From Dicyema japonicum (Eukaryota > Animalia > Dicyemida), in the NCBI GenBank assembly GCA_011109175.1, contig RDEW01000007.1:29424-93423 (forward strand): a DNA stretch of 64,000 nt. Reading direction: 5' to 3'. The position numbers were made by a program, and so were the translations under genes. Under the pieces are notes generated by a model that was given only the letters and a program-made list of their open reading frames with translations, searched no databases and was not told the origin of the DNA. Of this stretch, positions 49,401-61,400 are shown piece after piece; position 1 is the first letter of the stretch; every line of letters begins with the position of its first letter.

Positions 49401-50841
49401 TACATCATGTCCTCACTATACCAAGTATGGATCCCAATTTCCTTTTTTTCTCCAATTTTCATACTTTTTAATTAACAAAAATAAATCAATAAAAAAGTTA
49501 ATTAAAGATCTAACGGGTTTTCTCATAAATAAATGAGGGATGCTTAATTTTATCATTCACAAGGATAACCACCACGTTTTAGTGAATTTTTGTCTCACGG
49601 CCGTCTGGTTTAAATTTTGATGAAATATAATTCCAGTTGACAATGTCGGTTGGAGTGACTCTGTCAACTGAGTTTGAATAAGTAAAGGATTGATTCTCTC
49701 AGAACTGAGATAGTTTGTTTCCCTTCATAAGGGAGACCCAGATACAAAAATTTGATAATTTTTGACGATTATGAGATTGATCAGTTTTGAGTAATTTGCG
49801 GTGTATGTGATTACGGTCAGTTGAATCTCTTGGATAGCTGAATTGGAAGGTTTCCGCTCTGACAGTTTAATACGACATTGGGTCTCTTTTGTGGCGATCG
49901 ATTTTCAAAATACTTACCTTTTCGAGGACTACGTTAGAGGACCTCTCTGTACTTTAATCCACTACTCTTAGACTTGTTCCTAAGAGTTGTTGTTATTTTT
50001 ACAGTTTTCAGAGATTCCCAGAAAACGTTTAGTTTTGAAAATAGATGTGGCAGGAATTAAGGATTTTGGTGAGAAATGTCTGCAGACTAGCATTTGTTGA
50101 ATGTGAAGATAAACTTTGTTCCAATTACAATGTGGTTGAACTAGAAATTAATATGCTAACCTTTCCGAGATGATTTCTCACTGTTGTGATGTCTCCCATT
50201 TTAGGTATTCCTTATTTGTTCACTATTATCAAAGTCCATGCTTTTCAACACTTTTCAACCTTCCCCTTTCGATTACGTTTTTAGTTTCATTGGCTGTGGA
50301 ATGATTCTATAGTTATGCTTTTTCGTATTGGCTGACGAGTGACGCCGTCATCGGTGAACATTTCACTGCGAAACCGGATCGTCTATATAGGGCATACACC
50401 CAACAAAGAAGTGGAGAGCATTCCTTGGTTCTCCCTCATCGATTAGAAATGATAAAATAAAGTGTGTGTTCTGCCTGAGGAGCGATAGCTATGGCTCATC
50501 GGAAAGTGCATTGTTGTTTTGCTGTTGTTTTTTGTATAGGGAAACTCCCTTTTAAGGTCATATTTAATTTTTCAGCTACTTCATGCTAACCTTCCACATA
50601 ACCAGCGATAACCTCCTCCTGCAGGTCTACTTAGACGTAGGACTACCCTCATGGTCACCCAGGAAGAGAACTAACCTGTCATCAAATTTCTCATAAAACA
50701 AGCATCTTACCGACTAAATAAAAACTTGCAAGAGAAAAGCTCCTTTATAGTAAAATATAGCATCCCAATATACCACGTGGGCAACCACATAAACAAAAAT
50801 AGTATTAAACAACATTTAATAGCAAATAAAACTATAAAATA

Positions 50842-51912
50842 TTATTTTTTTCTATTTTTGTCAGCATTATCCCCTGATATTAGGTTGAGGAAGAATGTGG
50901 ATAGATCATTCTCAGTAACAAAGTTATCAGAGACCTTGATTTAAACTCAATATTACATTCTTCCGTGATGATGACGACTTCAGAAAAGAGGACATCCCAG
51001 ACTTTTCAGATTCGACAGCCTGTTTTGATGTTTTTTGACTGTTGAGCAAAAAAGTCTGATCATCGACTGGCTTCACGACCTCCTGAATCCTTTTTAAATT
51101 CTAAAATCACAATCTTAAGTGACCGGAGGATTTGTGACAGTCCTTTCCACGATTCCATTTATCCGTGAATCGGTTATACGTTCTTCCAGCAGAGCAATCT
51201 TCTCTGAAGTATCCCAACCACGTGGTCTGATCATATTAATGGAAACGTTACATAAAAACCGACCGACTTTCAGTCAGTCTGGGCTTAGGCGACTCCCTCC
51301 CTTCAAATTCCGCCAAAATCGCCTCTCTGAGGGCATCTACTTCTCCACCATCCCAAAACATGACTCCCCCGTCAACTCAGATAACTCAGAAAGTTACTTT
51401 TTAGGGCGATCTTACGTACAAGTCGCTGAACTTGCAACAACTCCTGCTCAATCAGAGTGGAAAACTTTGAGATGACAAAAAAAACAGGTATCTCCACTTT
51501 CATGTTCAATCTGCCCACGTGTTCATCCAAGATAGACAAATACTCTGATATTTGGTTAGATATCTCGTCGGGGGATGTAACAGACACCAAAATGATCGCA
51601 ACAAAGGAGGATAACGTAGATCCATTAAGAGGAAACTTTAGAAGACTCGTGTGGAGTGTCCCAGAGTTGAAGATCCAGAATTCCAAAGGGTCATCCAACG
51701 AGAACTCAAAGATGGTTGGAAGATCTTTAGATTCAGAGTCTTGTTTGGCCAAATTGTGATAAAGAGTCGACTTCCCTGAAGAAGCCTTGCCTAGAATAAC
51801 GACTGTGTGCTTGTGGGGCTTAACGGGACCATCATCGAATATAACATCAGCCCTTAGACGTTAAAATTAAAATTTACCACAAATCTGGATTTTCCTCAAT
51901 ATCATAATTCAT
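50842..51912 (-). CDS. DYNC1LI: Cytoplasmic dynein 1 light intermediate chain, five introns of 22-25 nt
   Basis: PDLWADVI, P-loop GKASSGKST, FWIFNSG..LLKF, IPVFFVISK, SVFIPRGWDTSEKI, DDQTFL, LSTFFLNLIS; stop TAA. Confidence 0.9.
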
Positions 51913-52589
51913 AAACCCACTAAAATTATTTAAAATAATAAACTGTCAAACTCATTTATTCATTAATATTTATTATTTAATTATTTTTATCAACAGCTGT
52001 TTATTTCGACAATTCACTAATCTATATAATTAACGTGCTACATAAATCCATATTTTCGGATTAACATGGTCATTCTTGGTTGGAGTAGTCACGTGTTTTA
52101 TAATTACTGACATTGGCTAAATTAAACAACTATATTAAGTGAGGAAATGAAGAGTATATCATTACTATTGAGAAAAAATACTCGAATCGTCTTCAAACTC
52201 GTAGCAGACGAAACCTCAGGGATCACAAAACCAAAATTACTTTCCTCCCTACGTGTCATAGCGAAAAAAAGAGGAACAGTCATGAAGAGAAATGGTTGAT
52301 TAAGCACCTTCCCATACAAATCTTAAAGTTGAAAGTTCTCTCATTCACGAAAGCTTGACTATAAATGCATTTTTTAATTTTGCTTACTATAAATGGTTTT
52401 TATATCATAAAGTGCTTTAAGTGTTGATTACCCATGGAGTAGTTTATTAATCTTTGTTTAAATAGATAATAAATTCTTAATTTATTTAACTCAGTGGAGT
52501 TAATATCGTTTCGTGGATAGAAGTATGGTATATAGCCATTAATTGTTGGCATATCTTTTCCACTAGGTTCTTCCAGCATTTTCGGTTAA

Positions 52590-53000
52590 TCCAGCTGATA
52601 GGATGGAATGCCTGTTTCCCATGACAACTGACAGAGATATTCTAAAGCAGCCATTCGATTTCCTGACACTCATTACTCACTAGATATCATTGACCCAAGC
52701 TTCTGCTTTCAACGCGGAGCCTGGAAGTCTCGACTGGCCCCATCAAAATAAAGCATTTCCTCCGAGAGAAAGGGAAGACAGTTACCCCGTCCGGACACTT
52801 TCCATATCCACAATCCAGGCCCACCAGTTCCAGAGATGACGAGAATCCAGCCGCCTCAAGAGACGCTGTTGATGGCGGAATGTCTCGGGAATCGACCACT
52901 GCTGAGACGGCAAGTGAGCAGGTGAAGCCCTTTGCAGTCCAACAACAGATCCACAAAGGCACGGATAAGGCTGGCACAGGTCGATCTCGAGACGAATGGA
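52590..53000 (-). mobile_element. Degenerate CRE RLE fragment
   Basis: LEAAGFSSSLELVGL..CPDGVTVFPF; ISLSVVMGNRHSIL. Confidence 0.7.
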
Positions 53001-53329
53001 TATCCCATTTCGGAAGACGTCCTGTTCCAGAAAGGATCCAATTTAAAATGATGGAAATGGTTCAGCAAAATACCACTGTTAGGGGAAGAAGGTGACAGAA
53101 TGCAAGACCGACAATGCAAGTTGTCCTTTTCTAAAAGGATCTATTGAGTAGTCTTGTACAAAATCTGTGTGGATCAAAAGGGGTTCCTTCGAAAGCCGCC
53201 GACCAACACTTCAACCCTTTAGCATTTTGTCGTCCATAAGGGGTTTGCAGAAATCCAGATAAGAAATGTGTTGCTTGAAAGAGGACAGGAAGGATGGCAA
53301 GGAAACGTCCACAGTTGCGGTTATGCCGA

Positions 53330-54205
53330 TGCCCCCAAATCTGACGGGTAAGAATATTTTAACATTATCCAATGTTGTCCAAGTTGATATTCACAATTTC
53401 TTCTACAACGACTCATTTGGGATCTGTCTCCCAGTTCATCACAGACGGCTTTAACATGAATATGCACTTACGGACGGCTCTGATATACAAAAAGCCTTCG
53501 ACTCTGTTTCGAGGACACTCCTAACGAAAAAATCCTTAATTCAAATTTACATCCAAACATCATGCTATGGCTGGAAAATTTCTTACCTGTGCGATGTGGA
53601 AGACTCCGGATTAGAAAAAGTTACTTCAAAATCAAGTTTACTCCCAAATGTGATTTCAAAAGATTTCGCTTTGTCTCCTCTCCCATTTACCTACTACCAA
53701 AGATCAAAACACTATATTTTTATCTTACGCGGACAATCGGATTATTGCTGCTAGGGATAAATCCACTTCCAAGGCTGTAGCGGTGGTTCAGTCACATCTC
53801 AACCAGGTGCGTGACTGACTATTCGTGAATTTGATCTTAGTGTCTGCATCCAAGTCTCAGTTCACTTTATTTACTACGGACAGGAGATTTAAAGGTGGAC
53901 TGCAATTAGACACCATATCCATCTCCAGTCTCCTTTCAGAAACGACAACGTGGAGAAATGGCCAGGACTTCATATGTATCTGCAAGAACTAGGAACCCAT
54001 TCAGAGAAAGGGCAGCCATGCAGAGGAATTCAGATCGACCACAAAAAGTGTACTCCGAAAGAATTCCTCTGCAAAAGAAAACACTTTCGGAGTGCAGTTG
54101 GATCACTGGGGGAGTATTCGAGAAGAATTCGCGGGATGTTGAAGGCTGAGATTACCTAATTAGTGAGTTAATACTTTCTTGGTGGTCTTGGGGTTTTAAA
54201 ATAAA
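53330..54205 (+). mobile_element. Degenerate Ingi/I-like LINE (RT remnant + 3' end)
   Basis: DIQKAFDSV, WLENFL; ends GGTCTTGGGGTTTTAAAATAAAT. Confidence 0.6.
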
Positions 54206-55899
54206 TGTGGCTTGATAACATTAAGTTAATTCAGTTACCTCGGTTGCAGAAAACAATTCCTTCCAAGCACAAATGCCCACTAGAACCACAGCTTTTGGAA
54301 CCCACTTAAGTAGGGTATATCAGATGATCCTGGCAATAGACCCTCCAGAGACAGGATGAGATTAATGGGCAGATCAAATGATGCTTTAGACCGAGTAGCC
54401 ATGTGTTTCTTCTTGATGAGTTTTAATTAATTATGAAATCAGCGACTATTTTGAGAACTTATTCGTTACTTAGATTATCCTCGGTTGTAGGTTCCACGGA
54501 TTTACGATACTTTGGGTTGACGAGTGATGCTGTCATCAGTGTTTAACACTGAGGAGCTGATTGTCTTATGGCCTTGGATTAATTAGCATTACTGTTCTTG
54601 CTTCTTAAAATAAAGTGAGTTCTGTCTAAGGTGAGGTTCAAGTAATGGAAACATTACCTACTCAATATCGGGAGGGCTGTTTAGACTTTTTAGCACAGAA
54701 GACGATTCAATCTTCCTTAATATTATTTTAAGAGAGCTGTAATTTTTTTAGTAGGTTGATGTTTATCAACCAATTATTTGAGAAGGACAGTTTTTTTTGA
54801 GGAGGTTTCTCTCCTTTATAAGTCGGTAGGTTATGGAGTTAATGGTCAGTGAACCAGAGGGACAATCCGACTTTCAGAAGATAGGAAACGTGGTTTAGGT
54901 AAGATACAGCGGCGTCAATCATAAAGAAATTGTGCAGATTAAATCAAATAGTCTGAGGTCAACGCAAAACATAAAATTTGGCCAGTCCACTTTTTGTAGT
55001 TCTTAAAAGACAATTTTTTGTGGAAGAATAGTTGATGTTTTGAGAATAATCACAAGTGGATTGTGATCGTTTGATATTTCGTAAAAGACACTCCATGGAA
55101 ATAAATGCAAGATTTTTGGTGAACACATTGACAAGTAAGGAGAAATCTGACTGTCGTTTCTTCAGGTAGGTGTCTAAATATTAACAGTTACTGGTTCAAT
55201 GTCAACAGGCTTTTAGGGAAATTAATGATGAGATCTCCCCTTCGTTATTATTATTAACCCCAGGCTTACAATGGTAAGCTCATCACAAACAGTCATAACT
55301 AGGGCAACCAAAAGTCAAATCTTACTTTATTGGTCACTTTTTTAAATAATAACTATAATTATCAAAGAAAATCAATTGTAATTAATTAACACTATGTAAG
55401 CTAAATTCTCCTCTTTGGGCATTGGACCTTTGTATCACCCTCACTATTGCCCTCGTAAATCAATTGAGAAAGCGAATCACTAGACAAAATAGCTGTTTCT
55501 CTTGATTCCTCTTCTACGTCACCTCCGAGTTCAGAGCCTCTTGAGATAAGATGATTAGTCACTCTTGTAACCTCATCATAGTTATCAACTTTCAGCCCAA
55601 GTCTATGCTCAATTATCAGCTCTCTAAAGTTTTTTTAATCGTCATTGATTTGATGTACGCCCTTGTAGAGACATTCACGTTGAGTCTTTCCATATAGGAC
55701 TTGTAGTACTTTGTTACTACTCCATCCCATGTCAAAACAATCGTAATTATAAATTATTCAATTAATTCAAGTCTGGAAATATGTATTCCTTCTATAATGT
55801 CGCCTCAGGTTCTATGGAATAAATCGGATAATTTAACTACCTAGTATTTCGCAGTATCCAAACCATCATATAGTGGATAACTCTTATATTGGCATCGTT

Positions 55900-56430
55900 A
55901 TCCATTCTACAGTTTTTAAATTATTCATCACCTCAATACAACGTAATTTCCGATTTTGATATCGTTTTCGTCACATTTCCATTTTCGCTTGGTTACCATT
56001 TTGTCACCAGCAATTATTAGATTCTTATACGCTTCGTCACGTGCATTTAATAATTTGTCGCCTTCACACAACAAAAGTGCGTTTATTTCTTCATCTGAAT
56101 GGACGGGCGGATACTTTGCCCCCATAAAATGATAATATGGATTAATTTTCGTCTGGTGGATGGTATTGGTTGAATCTTTATTTTGAAGAGAAAATATTAC
56201 CGTTCTACTTGGCCTTGTATCCATGGAGCCCTTGGCCTGCCTCTTAGATGCTTTATAGAGAACCGACAATAAAAATCAGGTTGTATAACAATCCTGTTAT
56301 TTTCACAGATGCTTTACTTTTGCGAGTTCGATCATTGCATATTTTGAGAAGGAATCCATCACAACCAGTATCTTTTATAAGAAACAAAATTTGATACCCA
56401 AAAAAAGGAGTTGTTTATAGACGAGTATCT
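55900..56430 (-). mobile_element. Second, degenerate Ginger-like integrase remnant
   Basis: KHLRGRPRAPWIQGQVER; KMVTKRKWK..IGNYVVLR parallel the 19154 integrase. Confidence 0.75.
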
Positions 56431-56894
56431 CCTGAGATCTATTAGATCGGCAATCTACCAAAATGATTTAAATTGTGTTCAGTCTAAAATTATTCTAAGC
56501 AATTAATTACTTCCATGGATTTGAGTTTCAACTCAATATCTTCAACACTAAAGAATCGTAGCTTGTAGTATTTTATCCTATAGTAAGTTGCTTCTTCGTC
56601 AAAAATAAAATTTATGGCTATTTTCGCTAAACTGTCTCTTTCCCGTCTTAGATGTTCAACTCCTCCTTCATTTCCTTTATTTTTTCTGAGGTTTCTCTTG
56701 AAATTTGCACTAGACGCATTTCAGGACGCTAATTTTAATTAATTAATTATATCAATTTGTAAATTCCAATGGTTTTTAAATATTATTAATAATTCGTCTC
56801 ATGTCCCACCGTCGCGGACATGACTTCATTCTTTAGGAGAATATTTTTCATAATGTAATCTTTATTAGAAGATTTGGTCTGGGAGAGGTAGGAA

Positions 56895-57050
56895 GATCAC
56901 TTTTAACTACTGTGTTGTGCCAGAAAGACTCGTCGCCTCACGGGTGGGATCTGTTTGACAAGAATTGACTTTCGCTAAAAACTTCATCTTTCGGATTCGA
57001 ACCCAAGACCTTCAAATCCGATGTCATCAGACGTTACGTTCCCCTTCGCT
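56895..57050 (-). mobile_element. tRNA-derived SINE copy 2
   Basis: Perfect B-box GGTTCGAATCC (56993-57003, minus strand); homologous to 17935-18100. Confidence 0.7.
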
Positions 57051-57859
57051 CAGAGGATTGTGTTTTCAGTCAATGTTCCTTCATCGATCCCATATAAGAA
57101 CGTATTGGACATAGACAATAATAATTACACGAGCACACCTTTCGAATTAAGAATTCTAGAGAAGTTAAGACTTTTTCGTAAATCCACTACTATGTAACTT
57201 TGCCATTTTCTGACTAGCTTTGATGTTCATGATTTCTGTCCAAAATACGGATGAATCCCAGAAGTGAATGTCTCGATGTGGTGCTCGCAGATAGTTTATA
57301 TGACAGGATGATTCTAGATCTTATATATTCCCGAGAGACTTTTCAGTACTTTGATTTTCTTTCGCATTTTGTCATTAGATTTAGAACACGTGGTGAGAAG
57401 TCATTTGCACGTCACAAATAACCCATAGGATCCATAAGATCTGCTGAATTGGATAATGACTCAAAATCTTGTCAGAGATAAAGATTTGTGACGGACTTTG
57501 AGGGGATTTCATCTCCAATCTTTCGGATAACTCCTCCAGTGACAGGATTGTTGAGCATTTGTTAAACGCATATAGTAAATGCTAATCAAGAGGATTTTAC
57601 AAGTCATAAATGTTTACGGTTACGGGAGTCACATGGTTATGGGAACCCCCAAATGGCAGGGAAAAGTTGATGGCTCTTTTCGTTCCTTTCCAAAATGGGT
57701 GACACTTTTCGGGTGAGCCACAAGACACCAAGTTAAGCACATTTTCAACCGTAGTCTATTGGTGATTGTATCGCATAACATTTAAAGGTTGGAACGAAAA
57801 TAATTATTTTGTGAATGACAATTTCATTTCCAACGACAAAAAATATATACAAAAATCGC

Positions 57860-58260
57860 CCATTACGAAGGCATTGTATAGTCTTACACGTAATTGTGTG
57901 CTAATTTGTTTACGATAATTCCAGACTACTCCCATTTTTTCTAAAGGCCGCGACGGCCAACATCTTCCTGTTAGTGATATCCTCAGCGTCTCCGAGCAAC
58001 GACCCCAATTTTTTACAGTATCACCATTTTTCATCAGTTCGGGTTGATTCACGGCGTATGGTAGTTGTCTCCGTCTTTTCCGTATTGATTTTGATGAACC
58101 ATTTTTCTAGGACATCTGGCATCTTTGTCCGTATATAGTTTAATGTTTTCTCGTCGCTGGATATATAGTCGATATCATCTGCATAAATCACTTCAGTTTG
58201 AGGTAAATCGCCAATTAATAGTCTGAAGTCTCTGAGTGCCGCCTCCGTGCTGACTGCTCT
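57860..58260 (-). mobile_element. RTE-like RT fragment
   Basis: VIYADDIDY; RLYNAFV. Confidence 0.65.
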
Positions 58261-58400
58261 AAGAGGTAATAAATGATGTCCAACGGATAGGATGTTTGGT
58301 AAAGAAAAAGATGTTTAACTTTTAGTTTAATTTTTAATAAATTTTTGAGAATTAATTTAATTTAAAATTCAACTTAAGTTGGCGGCTATTTTGTCTTTTA

Positions 58401-61400
58401 ATGGAACCTAATACTGGTATTGAGTCGCCCCCAAGGATGCTGCTGCCATCTAACAAGCCTTATGTTTCCTTCACCCATCTGCTCGATCTAGTCATCAGGA
58501 AGACGTACCACGATTTATATGTGGCTTGTGATCTGTTACGAATAAAATTTCATTTCTAGCCTTTCTCAGGACTCAGACGTCAAAAGAAAGCTCTTCCTCG
58601 TTGAGTTCTCCCAGAGGACCCGACTCCTGTTCATCCGCCTCCTTGCACTCCTCCGTTTCTGCACTAGCTCCAACAAAATCTCCCAATGCTTAGTTTTTTT
58701 CCTCAAAAAACTAAATCTTAGGAAATGCGGGACTTTTTGTACATTCAAAATCAATATTTTTGCCACACAGCAAACACCCTCGCAGAGCTCTCTCGCACGA
58801 AGGTCCCCCAGTTCAGGATCCCTTCCATCTTCATTTCCGCCGCCGTTGACGTACTAACAAAAGGTACATACACCAGGCTTCCAACGTGCATCAAAGAATC
58901 CGAATCTCTCACTCCAGGATCTTTTTTCCACCTAACCAAAACTCACCGACGATGAAGTCACGATCACCGAGCTGATCACTGACTCCTTTATAAGGACAAG
59001 ACTCATGCAGAATTCGATCTTACGTGAAGTGGAAGACTTCACCATTGAGAAAGGCAGGGTCACTTTCTTTGTGGAAAGAAAATTCAAGGCATGTGTACCC
59101 TGTTAATTTAGATATCCCTCACGTTATTTTTCGAGGACTCGTCTTGGCGGAAAACCTCCCTACAGTTTCACGGAATTGACGAAGAAAGTCGGTTTCACTC
59201 CCACCAAGTTACCAATATACTTACAGGAGGTTGCTTATTTGACAGACGCCCTGCAGAGTCGGCTGGTCGACTGTGAGAGACCGTTAGAAGAGATCTTTTC
59301 ATTCACAAGTAAAGGGCCGCTAATCCATAAACTGCCTATGGAATTCTGTGAAATTGGAGTTGATGTTCAAAAAGGTTCTGAGACTTCGGGAGGAGGGTTT
59401 GGGAGAGCACATGACCGTGGAGAAATACTCTTACGTGACCGAATTAGTCGTTGGTTAATGGAAGAATAGGACAGAAAACAGCTCGTCGGTAACTACGATG
59501 TATCTCATCATCACCATGGACTCTCACTCTATCAAATACAAAAATTTTCCACCTTTGATGTACACCGAGGGGATCCACGTGGTCTACCCCAGACTATCGT
59601 TTGATTGACTTTGGAGGGGAGTCATCCGTACGAGGACTGTAGAGCTTCTGGAGAACTTGAGAAATCAGTTAAACGGAGTTTTTCCCGATTTAACCGCGGA
59701 AATGACAAATAAACGGGAGAAAACCGTACTTCTGGTGAAAATTCACAGTCACGTTACCCAATGCTGCGCTTCCCTGTCAGTCTCTGTCGATCTCCTCACT
59801 GGTAGATTTTCTGTTGGAGGCATCGGTTAGTCACGTGCTCATTTTAGTGGACCCTTTCCTCTTAGAGCTGGTCACGTGCTCAATAAATGGTAGCAAGTTC
59901 GACTCCCTGGACACGATTATCATCAAAATAAAGTACCACGTGCGTTTATTGAGATGTTGGCTGCTGAGGGAGTCGTTCTCCTCCTTTCTAGAGAAAGTGG
60001 GGACCAGATTTGGCTGTGATCTATCAGTCTCCTCTACTCAACTGATGGAAGTACTTACCTCCCAGATGGGGACCGTCGGCAAATCAAAGGCGAACTACCC
60101 TGTCGTGACGTTTCCTCTATTATTCTCTAACTTTACTTTGAGGACCACTACAGCTTGGCCAGAGCTTTCGTAGGCTATTTCTCCCACGTAGATTATACAA
60201 TTCACGACACGTGGGTCGATGGACCTTGAGGAATGGTGGATAGTTAGCTACTCAACCTCCCACGATGGTGACATCATCCTCCTTTCTGATAGGAAAATTG
60301 GTAGCATAAGGAGAACATACACTGCCTACTATCAGATCTGCCTAGAATATCTAATGTCTCGACTTTTTGAGGAGGTTGTTGGATTATTTATGATAGTTGA
60401 TTGGGGTCCCCACTTTGTGTGCTCAGATGACGACCCCACAGAGCATCTCTGTGTATGTGATTCCTGAGTTACCAGGATTCGAGGCAAATATCTCATTTTT
60501 ACTAAGAAATGGTGGAACATGGCTGATTGAGGTTGAAACTCATCTCATTCCAGTTTAAATCATCAGAGGAGACAATCATGGTAACAAACTTGGCCGAGAA
60601 GACAGATACACACGTGGCCATTACAGTGAGGTTCATGGAAATAGTGGAGTGCATCTCTCAGATGAAGTCTTTGATCAACCAGAAATCACTATCGTCCGAT
60701 TCTGAGAAGACTATCAAAATAAAGGACGTAAACTACGCCTCGGGGACCATTTCTCTCACATGCACTGTAGATGGTGCTGAATTTACGGTGATTTTTGATA
60801 ATGATGTAGTATTATGTGGTCTGGAATCGTCGCAATTCAGCTTTCAGCATTATTTACTTGTCTGACAGAGTGTGTGATGATGTGAACAGTGTGTTCGATC
60901 AGAGGGATGTTACCTTTAAGGTTGGGGAGCTTAACTGGGTCTCACATATCCTGGTACGTCTCATTCTGAGTCTAGTCACTGTCCGCGTCCTGTAGTACAC
61001 TCATTAGATTGAAGAGACTCCTAAACTATTCTGACTTTGTGGGGGGAATGATTAACCAGCGAGTTGGGGGATAGTTTTAATGATAGAAACACCCAGAACT
61101 TGTAAACTACTTCAAAATTGAAAGAATATCGACAACGTGGTACCGTCTAGAATTCAGATCGCTGTAGTAACCCCACTTATTCAGCTTTTCAATAGAACTA
61201 TACATATGTGATAGGCACATGGTCATCAGACAAGGTGGGAAAACCGGGATCCCCCATTGGCGGGTACTTTTGTGTTGTGACTAGACCTTCATTTCCAAGT
61301 TTGAGGCAGCATACAAAAACTACCATGGAAATTTTTCCCTGTACGGTCAGATCGCATCTGTACCACCTGTATGCTTTTGTTCTAGTTGAAGCCCATCCAG

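Noticed and set aside
51457-51759. 100-aa plus-strand ORF and many other listed shadow ORFs
   Set aside because: They are antisense or alternate frames of DLIC, MED14, UTP20 or TE ORFs.
56985-57050. Functional tRNA gene
   Set aside because: No acceptor stem or proper anticodon arm, and it is followed by a SINE-like body shared with another locus.
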